This document shows positions 56,411 to 64,000 of a DNA stretch of 64,000 bases, one piece after another. The position numbers were made by a program, and so were the translations under genes. The DNA comes from Rickettsiales bacterium. GTDB taxonomy: Bacteria; Pseudomonadota; Alphaproteobacteria; UBA8366. Position 1 is the stretch's first letter. The number at the start of each line of letters is the position of its first letter. The stretch lies in the NCBI GenBank assembly GCA_002724555.1, contig PBOZ01000059.1, positions 23 to 64,022 of the forward strand. The letters run 5' to 3'. The notes beneath the pieces are model-generated. The model was not told the origin of the DNA, ran no database searches, and worked only from the letters and a program-made list of their open reading frames with translations.

Positions 56411-56698
56411 TTACGCGATTTTATCAATAAATCTCGCAAGCGCTACATCCCGGATACTTAAGCCATTACACGCGTGTGTTGATAGTGTGATGTCAACCGT
56501 AGCCCAAACATTAGACCATTCCGGATGATGATCCATGCGTTCTGCTTCCAGCGCAATTCGGCTCATGAAACCCCAGGCTTCATTAAAATTGGCAAAAGTG
56601 AAATTTCTTTTTATAGCGTCTCGTTCGTCGACCAGTGTCCAATCGGACAATTCTGTGAGCGCAGATATTTTTTGGTGTTGAGTGAGCTTTTCGACCAT
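56411..56698 (-). CDS. phhB: 4a-hydroxytetrahydrobiopterin (pterin-4a-carbinolamine) dehydratase
   Basis: 95 aa, [46 protein letters not shown] is the PCD/DCoH signature. Confidence 0.88.
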   Translation of the reverse strand: MVEKLTQHQKISALTELSDWTLVDERDAIKRNFTFANFNEAWGFMSRIALEAERMDHHPEWSNVWATVDITLSTHACNGLSIRDVALARFIDKIA

Positions 56699-57099
56699 TT
56701 TGTGGTCTCTCCTAATTTACAGTCATAATTAAAGAATGAGGAAATAGCTACCCCGATTTGATCTATCAATCGAATTCCGTCGAAGCGAGAAATAACAAAA
56801 ATTAAACCCATACTTTTTAGGCCTTTGAGGATTAAGCCGATATTTAGCGTGCAGGGGTGGGTTAAAATGTTTTTCGGGTTTAAAATTCCTCTAGCAAAGA
56901 TTTTGTAAAGTCTGCCTACCCTGACTCACAAGTCGTATTACTGAGCCTTCACAATATCGTACTTTTACTCAGCGAGAATGTGTTGAAATCATTGCAAGAG
57001 ATGGACATAAATTTATCCGTTGGTGTTAATTCGAGGCGTACCGGTACAAATTTTAAGCCCACATCCGCGCGAAGATAGCTTGAAATTCATGGGTGATAA

Positions 57100-57636
57100 T
57101 CACTCCAGGGTATACTTTGCTTCGGGATTATAAATAGCACCTGCAGAGGATAAGTAACTCGAAAAGAGTGTAAAATTCCCTACATGAAACGGTCTCGCCT
57201 TAAAGTTCATATGTCCCGCGATATACTCATTTAGCCGGGTCTTCGGTGTACCGCGCAACCTAGCGAGTGTGACGTGTGGCGTGTATCTGCGCTCTTCCGC
57301 AGGTTGTCCCATATGTTGTAACGCAGTTTCGATTTTGGCGTGAAGATGCATTAGGTTTTCATTTTTTGCCACGCCAGCCCAGACGGCGCGGGCAGCGTTT
57401 GGCTTGCCAAAATAACCGACCTCTTTAAGAGAGAGATGAAAAGATGCGTGGTTCAACTGACTCAATGTAGCATCTATATCGTCAGCGAGGCCTTCGTCCA
57501 CTTCCCCGATGAACCGAAGGGTGACGTGAAAGTTGTCCTCTTTGACCCATTTGGCGCCGGGCAGACCAGCGGATATCATGGAAAGACTTAACCTAATGTC
57601 AGCAGGAATTGGTAGGCCGACAAAAAGGCGAACCAC
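57100..57636 (-). CDS. thpR: RNA 2',3'-cyclic phosphodiesterase (2H phosphoesterase, ThpR/LigT)
   Basis: 178 aa, GTG start. Two HxT/S motifs (HVTLRFIG and HVTLARL) and a RLFVGLPIP opening. Confidence 0.85.
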   Translation of the reverse strand: MVRLFVGLPIPADIRLSLSMISAGLPGAKWVKEDNFHVTLRFIGEVDEGLADDIDATLSQLNHASFHLSLKEVGYFGKPNAARAVWAGVAKNENLMHLHAKIETALQHMGQPAEERRYTPHVTLARLRGTPKTRLNEYIAGHMNFKARPFHVGNFTLFSSYLSSAGAIYNPEAKYTLE

Positions 57637-57660
57637 TTTAATATCCTCTAAAGACAGGAA

Positions 57661-58788
57661 TTATAGAAATAGCGTAAGCACCCCTGTATACCCGTAAAGC
57701 CGATTATTACTAATCTCGCCATTAGCGAAGAAGCCGACCAATGGGAAGTCCCCAAGCTCTTCAGCAATTAGGCCTAGCTCCTCGCTGTTGTTGCCAAATT
57801 GGTTAGGCCCGCGTGCGCAGCATGAGTAATATAGGCCGCCACGAATTGGGGCCTTGCCAGCACGTTTCCGAAGATCTTTTAACATGCGTCGCATATCGCC
57901 CACAGCGCTGTCATGATCACGACGGCAGAACATAATAGGATCACCCGGATCTACGTACTCTCCAATCGCCAACAAGCCCTTTTCGGGGTCAATACCGGTC
58001 AGGTTCCGGACGAGATAATCGCCCGTGTCAGATCCACTGACAGGTAATGCCACGAAAATGTATCCGGCTGCTTTGCGTAAATCGCGCGCGAGAACTTCAC
58101 CAATGTCTTCCTTGAACACGTCGAGCGCTGGTTTCTCGTCAATCTCAATCAAGATATTTTTCTCGCAGGACGTAATACGGTGAATCTCGCCGATGGGGGA
58201 GCAGCCTTGTGTTAACGCTGCTACAGCGGGGACCGCTTCGAGCGACATGATGACACCGGATACTTCGCCTTCCGCCACCTCTTCGGCGAGTTGCGGATGT
58301 GCACCGCGTGATGCCGTTAGTCCTCCAATCAAAAAACCGTTGGTTTCACGCGAGAGGTCCTCAATAATTTGCGGGACGTTTTGGTTTCGCGGGTCGGCAT
58401 GCGTAACAATTAAAGGTGGCATATCACCGATCCACTCCTTCATATTCCTGACCACTTTAGTTACATCGTCCTTCACCCCGTTAAAAATCCGAAATGCCTC
58501 CTCTGGGATAGGTGCGAGCATGACGGACATCGCCGCTTTGCCAAAATATTCGGTGGCCGGCGCGCAAATACCAAATCCAACTGTTCCGATCCAGTGCGGT
58601 ACACCAGTGGCCTGCTTGAGGAAATCCGAGATATCTTTGAGTGATTCGGAATAGTCATCTGTAACGTAGAGGAAGCCGAGACGGTGCTGAGCCGTGACAT
58701 TATCCAAGCTGAGGACAACTTCGGCTGCCGCATCTTGCCATTTCTGTGAACTGGCATGTGCCACTAAAAACTTTTTTTGGTCACTCAC
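57661..58788 (-). CDS. stand-alone FIST_N/FIST_C domain protein (putative ligand sensor)
   Basis: 375 aa. GTG start with AAGGA 8 nt upstream, 2 nt after the tesA-like stop. Overall pattern (GFLYVTDDY..., GGLTASRG, FFANGEI) is typical of FIST domain proteins. No output domain. Confidence 0.65.
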   Translation of the reverse strand: MSDQKKFLVAHASSQKWQDAAAEVVLSLDNVTAQHRLGFLYVTDDYSESLKDISDFLKQATGVPHWIGTVGFGICAPATEYFGKAAMSVMLAPIPEEAFRIFNGVKDDVTKVVRNMKEWIGDMPPLIVTHADPRNQNVPQIIEDLSRETNGFLIGGLTASRGAHPQLAEEVAEGEVSGVIMSLEAVPAVAALTQGCSPIGEIHRITSCEKNILIEIDEKPALDVFKEDIGEVLARDLRKAAGYIFVALPVSGSDTGDYLVRNLTGIDPEKGLLAIGEYVDPGDPIMFCRRDHDSAVGDMRRMLKDLRKRAGKAPIRGGLYYSCCARGPNQFGNNSEELGLIAEELGDFPLVGFFANGEISNNRLYGYTGVLTLFL

Positions 58789-58790
58789 AT

Positions 58791-59498
58791 TTATTCCTTT
58801 CCGAGGGCCTGCATAACGAATGGCAGTATACGCTCGACGATAATCCCAATTCCTTTAGAATTAGGATGCATACCGTCTTCCTGATTTAGGTTAGGTTTGG
58901 CTGCTACTCCGTCGAGGAAGAACGGATAGAAGTGAAGATCGTGTGATTTCGCTAATTCGGGGAAAATTGGGTCGAATTTCCCAGCAAAATCTGGTCCAAG
59001 ATTTCGTGGCGCTTTCATGCCCGCTAGTAAAATTCTTGCTCCCGTTGCCTTTAGCTTCAAGATAATGATTTCTAAATTTCGCCGAGTGATAGCGGGGGGC
59101 ACAGCCCGCAACGCATCATTAGCGCCGAGTTCGATAATAGCGAGTTTGAATGGTCGATCCAATAGCCAGTCGAGGCGTTGAAGGGCGCCGGATGTTGTGT
59201 CTCCTGAAACTCCGGCATTTACTATTTTCGTTGGAATACCCTTGTCATTTAGCGCAGCGGACAAACGGCTGGGAAATGCCTCGCTCTTCGATAAACCGTA
59301 GCCGGCGATCAAACTGTTACCTAAGGCGATAATTTGGATATCATGAGTTTGTGCCTTGGCAGATATATCAAATACAAGAGAGAACAGAGTTAAGACCAGT
59401 AAAACGTTGATTTGGAGGGAATGTTTGCCATATGCACTAGGCAACTTCGCAAGACGCCAGAGCATATTTGGGAAAATTTTTTGAATCGGGTCGAGCAT
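58791..59498 (-). CDS. SGNH/GDSL arylesterase-thioesterase (TesA-like), secreted
   Basis: SGNH blocks IIALGNSLIAGYG (block I, Asn in place of the usual Asp), NAGVSGDTT (II), GANDALR (III), DGMHPN (V). A signal peptide follows Met12, so an alternative start at 59465 is plausible. Confidence 0.8.
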   Translation of the reverse strand: MLDPIQKIFPNMLWRLAKLPSAYGKHSLQINVLLVLTLFSLVFDISAKAQTHDIQIIALGNSLIAGYGLSKSEAFPSRLSAALNDKGIPTKIVNAGVSGDTTSGALQRLDWLLDRPFKLAIIELGANDALRAVPPAITRRNLEIIILKLKATGARILLAGMKAPRNLGPDFAGKFDPIFPELAKSHDLHFYPFFLDGVAAKPNLNQEDGMHPNSKGIGIIVERILPFVMQALGKE

Positions 59499-60213
59499 GA
59501 ATCAGGTCTCTATGGTTGAACCGATGGTTCATCTCAAAGAAGTGGAGCTTATACTTAAGAGTGATGCTGGGGAGATCAACATCCTACGAGGTGTTGACCT
59601 TTCGGTTTCGAAGGGTGAGTCCATCGGGGTGGTGGGGCCGTCCGGCTCCGGTAAAACCTCCATGATCATGGTGATTGCGGGTTTGGAACATATCTCTTCA
59701 GGCCGAGTTTTAGTTGCTGGGCGGGAAATTTCCGCGCTCAACGAAGATGCCTTAGCGGAATTCCGGCGAGATCATGTGGGTATCGTCTTCCAATCCTTCC
59801 ATTTGATACCGACGATGACTGCACATGAAAATGTTGCTGTTCCGATGGAGTTGGCGGGCCGAGACGACGCATTTCAACGGGCTGGTGAGGCTCTAGCTGA
59901 AGTTGGGTTAGCAACGCGTCTGAAGCATTACCCTGGGCAATTGTCAGGCGGGGAACAGCAACGTGTCGCTTTGGCGCGCGCGTTCGCCATAGAGCCGCGT
60001 TTGTTGTTAGCAGATGAGCCAACCGGCAATTTGGATGGCGACACCGGAGCACGGGTCGTCGAATTGATGTTTGGGATGGCGAAGCGTTCTGGAACGACGC
60101 TAATGCTAATCACCCACGATACTGCGATGGCTCAGCGCTGTGACCGGGTGGTTCGAATGGTTGACGGGCGCGTCGAAGAGCAGACACCTCTCAGCCAACC
60201 GAGCACTGTTTAA
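59497..60213 (+). CDS. ABC transporter ATP-binding protein (YbbA/LolD-like)
   Basis: Walker A GPSGSGKTS, signature LSGGEQQRVALARA, Walker B LLLADEPTGNLD. Divergent from the tesA-like gene, as in the E. coli tesA/ybbA/ybbP locus. Confidence 0.88.
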   Translation: MNQVSMVEPMVHLKEVELILKSDAGEINILRGVDLSVSKGESIGVVGPSGSGKTSMIMVIAGLEHISSGRVLVAGREISALNEDALAEFRRDHVGIVFQSFHLIPTMTAHENVAVPMELAGRDDAFQRAGEALAEVGLATRLKHYPGQLSGGEQQRVALARAFAIEPRLLLADEPTGNLDGDTGARVVELMFGMAKRSGTTLMLITHDTAMAQRCDRVVRMVDGRVEEQTPLSQPSTV

Positions 60214-62742
60214 ATGGGCGGATGGGTAATAGCGTGGCAGTTTGCGCGCCGTGAGCTGCGTAGCGGTTTTAAAGGTTTTCGAATCTTAATTGCTTGCTTA
60301 GCGTTAGGCGTCGCTTCTGTCGCTGGTATTGGCTCAGTTGCAACTGCTCTTAAAGTAGGCCTCAAAGCGGAAGGCCGGGTGCTATTAGGGGGTGATGTCG
60401 ACCTGATGTTCACGCACCGCCAAGCTTCCGTTGAACAACTAAATTGGTTGCGTGAAAATAGCGATGCTGTCTCCTTGGTGACAGAACTGCGTACAATGGC
60501 CCGTCGTGTCGACGGCATAAAACAGCGACTGGTCGAATTGAAGAGTGTAGACCACAACTATCCGCTCTTCGGCAAACTTCATTTACGCGATGGTATGGGT
60601 TTGGGCGCGGCCCTGACAAAAAAACAAAGCCGCTGGGGCGCGGTCGTTGACCCACGTGTCTTACAATACTTGGATATAAAACCCGGGGGTATATTCAAGA
60701 TCGGCAGTGCAGAGTTTGTTGTGTCCGCTATTCTCGAGCGCGAACCAGATCGCGGGACGCAAGCTTTTAGACTGGGCCCGCGCGTCATTGTCTCGGAGCT
60801 TGCAATCAAGGCTACGGGTTTGATCCAGCCGGGGAGCCTAATTCGCTATCAATATCGCCTTGCGCTACTGCCTGATGAAGTGCTCGGGGAATGGCGTTCT
60901 AAGCTCGATGCGCGTTTTCCAGGTGCGGGTTGGCGGGTTCGAGATGTCGAAAATGCAGCTCCTGGCATCCAGAGGTTTGTGGAACGAGTGGCCTTGTTTT
61001 TATCGCTCATAGGTTTAACCGCTTTGTTGGTTGGTGGGGTCGGTGTGGGTAACTCCGTTCGGTCCTATATGAATGCGCGAGTCCACTCCATTGCGACGCT
61101 GAAATGTTTAGGCGCGTCAAGTAAGACGATAATTCGAACCTATGCTCTGCAGATTGGTCTGATGGCGTCGATTGGCAACTTGGTAGGTGTGACTGTGGGT
61201 GTGTTTACACCGGTGTTAATATCGCCACTACTGGAAAGTCAGCTGCCGATGACTGCTGAATTCGGTTTCTATCCGGTTCCATTGATTACTGCTGCCACCT
61301 TTGGGGTTTTGGTCGCGGCGATCTTTACGCTTTGGCCCCTCGGATTGGCGGGCGAAGTTCGTGCGACCACTCTCTTCCGTTCGGATGTTGAGGCTCTATC
61401 GGGCCGACCACCGCGGCGGTTTTACTTCGCATTGGCTGTTCTCTCAATTTTCATCTGTGTGATCGCTATGGCAACCGCCGTCCGACCCGAAATTGCCGCC
61501 TGGTATATCGTTGGCTCTGCGCTGGTTTTTGGAATTTTCCGGCTAACGGGTGCCGCAATGATTGCTGGTCTGCGTCGGATGCCACGCATTCGCCATCCAT
61601 TGATTAGATTGGCCTTTGCGAACTTGCATCGTCCGGGTGCGCCTATGACGGCCGCTCTTCTATCATTTGGCTTAGGTCTGACAGTATTGGTCGCTGTCGC
61701 GTTGCTTGAGCACAACTTAGAACGTCAAATTCAACAAGTCCTTCCGGAAGAGGCCCCTGGTTATTATTTCATTGATATCCAACCAACACAGACGAAGGCA
61801 TTTGATGAATTGTTGTCAAATCATCCGGGAGTAGGAGCGGTTCAACGCGTTCCAATGCTGAGGGGTCGTATCACACGAATGAAGGGGGTGCCCGTGGAGG
61901 CGATTACGGTGCCGCCCGACTTTGCTTGGATATTGAAGGGGGACCGTGGTTTAACTTGGGCGCGAAGGCCGCCTTCTGCTGGGAGTCGGATCACGGCCGG
62001 TGAATGGTGGCCCGCCGATTATTCAGGCGAGCTACTTGTCTCATTTGATGCAAGAGCAGCAAGAGCATTTGGGCTTAATATTGGTGATATGTTAACAGTA
62101 AATGTCCTTGGTAAAGAAGTCAGTGCGCGAATTGCGAATCTGCGGCGCATTGATTGGACGAGTCTTGGTATAAATTTCGTTATGGTTTTTTCGCCGGGTT
62201 TGCTCGAACGTGCACCGCAGACTGAAATTGCGACAGTTCAGATAGAATCGGGTCAGGAATTGGCGCTCGAACACGCAGTAGTTTCGCAGTTTGAAAATAT
62301 TACTGCTATTAGGGTTAAAGAGGTTCTGGAGGATGTGAAAGAAATTCTTTCAAGCTTGGCGGTTGCGGTGCGCGGTATTGCGGCAATCGCGATATTGGCC
62401 GGTATATTGGTGTTGGGCGGTTCCCTAGCGGCTGATCACCGCCGGCGCGTTTATGAGTCGGTTGTCTTGAAAGTCCTCGGTTCGACGCGGCGGCGTATCT
62501 TTCTGGCATTTTTGGCAGAGGCCGGCATTTTAGGCATTACCGCGTCAGCAATTGCTGCGGTACTCGGTAGCGGTATTGCTTGGGTAATTGTTGTAAAGGT
62601 TATGAATATGGGATGGGATTTTGCAGCTTTGCCTGTCTCTTGGACCCTAATTTTTGCTTTGGTCATTACGTTGGCGTTAGGATTCGCCGGAACGTGGCAT
62701 GCGTTAACCCTTAAAGCGGCGCCGCTACTTCGGAATGATTGA
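60214..62742 (+). CDS. FtsX-family ABC transporter permease (YbbP-like, duplicated FtsX modules)
   Basis: 842 aa. The ATG immediately follows the ATPase stop (TAAATG). Two blocks of four TM helices are separated by large soluble loops, as in YbbP-type permeases. Confidence 0.85.
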   Translation: MGGWVIAWQFARRELRSGFKGFRILIACLALGVASVAGIGSVATALKVGLKAEGRVLLGGDVDLMFTHRQASVEQLNWLRENSDAVSLVTELRTMARRVDGIKQRLVELKSVDHNYPLFGKLHLRDGMGLGAALTKKQSRWGAVVDPRVLQYLDIKPGGIFKIGSAEFVVSAILEREPDRGTQAFRLGPRVIVSELAIKATGLIQPGSLIRYQYRLALLPDEVLGEWRSKLDARFPGAGWRVRDVENAAPGIQRFVERVALFLSLIGLTALLVGGVGVGNSVRSYMNARVHSIATLKCLGASSKTIIRTYALQIGLMASIGNLVGVTVGVFTPVLISPLLESQLPMTAEFGFYPVPLITAATFGVLVAAIFTLWPLGLAGEVRATTLFRSDVEALSGRPPRRFYFALAVLSIFICVIAMATAVRPEIAAWYIVGSALVFGIFRLTGAAMIAGLRRMPRIRHPLIRLAFANLHRPGAPMTAALLSFGLGLTVLVAVALLEHNLERQIQQVLPEEAPGYYFIDIQPTQTKAFDELLSNHPGVGAVQRVPMLRGRITRMKGVPVEAITVPPDFAWILKGDRGLTWARRPPSAGSRITAGEWWPADYSGELLVSFDARAARAFGLNIGDMLTVNVLGKEVSARIANLRRIDWTSLGINFVMVFSPGLLERAPQTEIATVQIESGQELALEHAVVSQFENITAIRVKEVLEDVKEILSSLAVAVRGIAAIAILAGILVLGGSLAADHRRRVYESVVLKVLGSTRRRIFLAFLAEAGILGITASAIAAVLGSGIAWVIVVKVMNMGWDFAALPVSWTLIFALVITLALGFAGTWHALTLKAAPLLRND

Positions 62743-62820
62743 TATGTGCAAATGTTGCAATTATTTGTTATAGGACCGATATTAATTCCTAATTAAAGCT
62801 TAGCAATTGAGGACATAAAA

Positions 62821-63549
62821 ATGGCTTTAGACCCCCGAAATAGAAGTTATGCGCAGACGGCCGGATATGCTGGTGTTGATGCCGACGTCGATGCTGGTCT
62901 TCGGAAGTATATGCTGAGTGTCTACAACTACATGGCGCTTGGTGTGGCATTTACGGGCATCATTGCGATGGCCGTGGCGCTCAACCCGGCGATCATGCAG
63001 GCCGTAGCAATTGGCCCGATGAAGTGGGTTTTGTTTATAGGTGTATTAGGCCTCGGTTTTTTCTCGGGCAAGATCATGTTCAGTGGCAGCCCAGCGATGG
63101 CGCAAGGCGCATTTTGGCTATATGCCGCGATGTGGGGCGCCCTAATCGCACCCATGTTTTATATGTATACGGGGGAAAGTATCGTACGTGTTTTCTTCAT
63201 TACTGCTGCCGCGTTCGCAGGAACGAGCCTTTATGGGTACACCACTAAAAAGGATCTCACTGCAATGGGGCGGTTCCTGTCGATGGCGACCATTGGCATC
63301 CTGGTAGCTATCTTGGTGAACATGTTCCTGCTGAAAAGTGGCCTCTTCCATCTTGGTCTCTCGATTGTTGTCGTTTTGGTTTTTGCTGGTTTGACGGCAT
63401 ATGAGACACAGGCGATTAAGCAGTCGTATTTTGAGGGTGATACTGAAGACCTTCAGAACCGGAAGGCTATATTCGGTGCGTTCATTCTCTACGGAAGTTT
63501 TGTGACCATGTTTATTTGGATGCTTTCGATATTTGGCAGCCGTGAGTGA
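62821..63549 (+). CDS. Bax inhibitor-1/YccA (YbhL-type) family membrane protein
   Basis: 242 aa, GAGGA SD. LRKYMLSVYNYMALGVAFTGI opening and seven hydrophobic helices, typical of BI-1/YccA/YbhL. Confidence 0.85.
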   Translation: MALDPRNRSYAQTAGYAGVDADVDAGLRKYMLSVYNYMALGVAFTGIIAMAVALNPAIMQAVAIGPMKWVLFIGVLGLGFFSGKIMFSGSPAMAQGAFWLYAAMWGALIAPMFYMYTGESIVRVFFITAAAFAGTSLYGYTTKKDLTAMGRFLSMATIGILVAILVNMFLLKSGLFHLGLSIVVVLVFAGLTAYETQAIKQSYFEGDTEDLQNRKAIFGAFILYGSFVTMFIWMLSIFGSRE

Positions 63550-63573
63550 CGCTAAAACCATATTTAAGTTTTT

Positions 63574-63608
63574 AACCGCCCAGGCTTGTCCTGGGCGGTT
63601 TTTGTTTT
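63574..63608 (+). terminator. rho-independent terminator after the BI-1/YccA gene
   Basis: Perfect 11-bp stem AACCGCCCAGG / CCTGGGCGGTT (63574-63584 and 63590-63600), 5-nt loop CTTGT, followed by TTTGTTTT. Confidence 0.85.
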
Positions 63609-63632
63609 GCATACCGGTACTAAATATCCCTA

Positions 63633-64000
63633 ATGATCTTTCTCTTCACAGACTTTAGATATGACGGGCCTTATGTTGGTCAAATGAAGGCCGTGTTATC
63701 CCGATTGGCGCCGAGTGTGCCAGTAATCGACGTTATGCATGACGCCCCTTATTGTGATCCGAAACGATCGGCGTACTTGTTGGCGGCTTTAGCGCAGGAA
63801 AGCCAATTGGGAGATATTTGGCTCTGCGTTGTTGACCCGGGTGTGGGCGGAAGTCGTCGCCCAGTTGTTCTCGATTGTGGCGGTGTCTGTTTTGTTGGAC
63901 CTGACAATGGATTGTTCGAGCTGATTTCTCGACGGATCAAGGGAGCTTCGTTGAAAGAAATTACCTGGCGACCTGAAATGCTATCTGCAACTTTTCATGG
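63633..64000 (+). CDS. SAM hydrolase/SAM-dependent halogenase family protein (DUF62), N-terminal fragment (3' end outside window)
   Basis: My own translation from ATG 63633 (absent from the ORF track because the frame runs off the window): MIFLFTDFRYDGPYVGQMKAVL...CVVDPGVGGSRRP...VGPDNGLF...LSATFHG. FTDF..D.YVG.MK, VVDPGVG, GPDNG and TFHG are the DUF62 family blocks. Confidence 0.75.
   Translation, partial: MIFLFTDFRYDGPYVGQMKAVLSRLAPSVPVIDVMHDAPYCDPKRSAYLLAALAQESQLGDIWLCVVDPGVGGSRRPVVLDCGGVCFVGPDNGLFELISRRIKGASLKEITWRPEMLSATFH

Noticed and set aside
56611-56811. 66-aa minus-strand ORF in the thpR-phhB spacer
   Set aside because: It runs into phhB in a different frame. No SD and no family were found.
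56699-57099. 400-nt spacer between thpR and phhB as a hidden ncRNA (RNase P, 6S, SRP, tmRNA)
   Set aside because: No hallmark motifs were found (for example GAGGAAAGTCC of RNase P RNA) and no convincing extended secondary structure was seen by eye. A single near-CtrA half-match (TTAA-N7-TTTA) is not sufficient.

Overview
Gene-dense 64-kb chromosomal segment with about 58 protein-coding genes. Hand counts on a few samples give roughly 50-58% G+C. By eye I found no rRNA, tRNA, CRISPR array, transposase, integrase or phage gene. Gene content and synteny suggest an alphaproteobacterium, possibly a streamlined aquatic one (inference only): serC-serA, hisZ-purA, rluD-rpoH with a sigma-32-type promoter, pyrE/pyrD, and an AatA-type aspartate aminotransferase. 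Layout: (i) 0-10.6 kb holds mixed redox and pyrimidine genes (rhodanese, LLM oxidoreductase, NUDIX CoA pyrophosphatase, CoxG, an orphan Mo-hydroxylase large subunit, pyrE, a PhtD-like gene, pyrD, a DUF1111 di-haem protein). (ii) 10.6-35.5 kb is an enzyme island with no regulator and almost no transporter. It contains a tandem-fused family III CoA-transferase, a crotonase, a translationally coupled six-gene operon (IOR-HyuB-HyuA-ThDP enzyme-two class IV aminotransferases), an FMO-TauE-TauD-TauD operon, RidA-nitronate monooxygenase, an atypical SDR, GSTs, SnoaL-like proteins and a DOPA-dioxygenase-family protein. (iii) 35.8-47.5 kb is housekeeping (serC, serA, hisZ, purA, rpoH, rluD, ltaE), interrupted by a membrane-anchored pseudokinase plus a polytopic membrane partner. 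(iv) 47.5-64 kb is mixed: an A+T-richer adenylate cyclase locus, assorted oxidoreductases, phhB, a tesA-like/FIST/thpR operon divergent from a YbbA/YbbP-type ABC pair, a BI-1/YccA gene with a clean terminator, and a partial DUF62 SAM-hydrolase-family gene. The best candidates for something undescribed are the IOR/HyuBA/ThDP/aminotransferase operon with its fused CoA-transferase, the FMO-TauE-2xTauD operon, and the pseudokinase/membrane-protein pair. All functional calls rest on motif recognition by eye; no database search was run.
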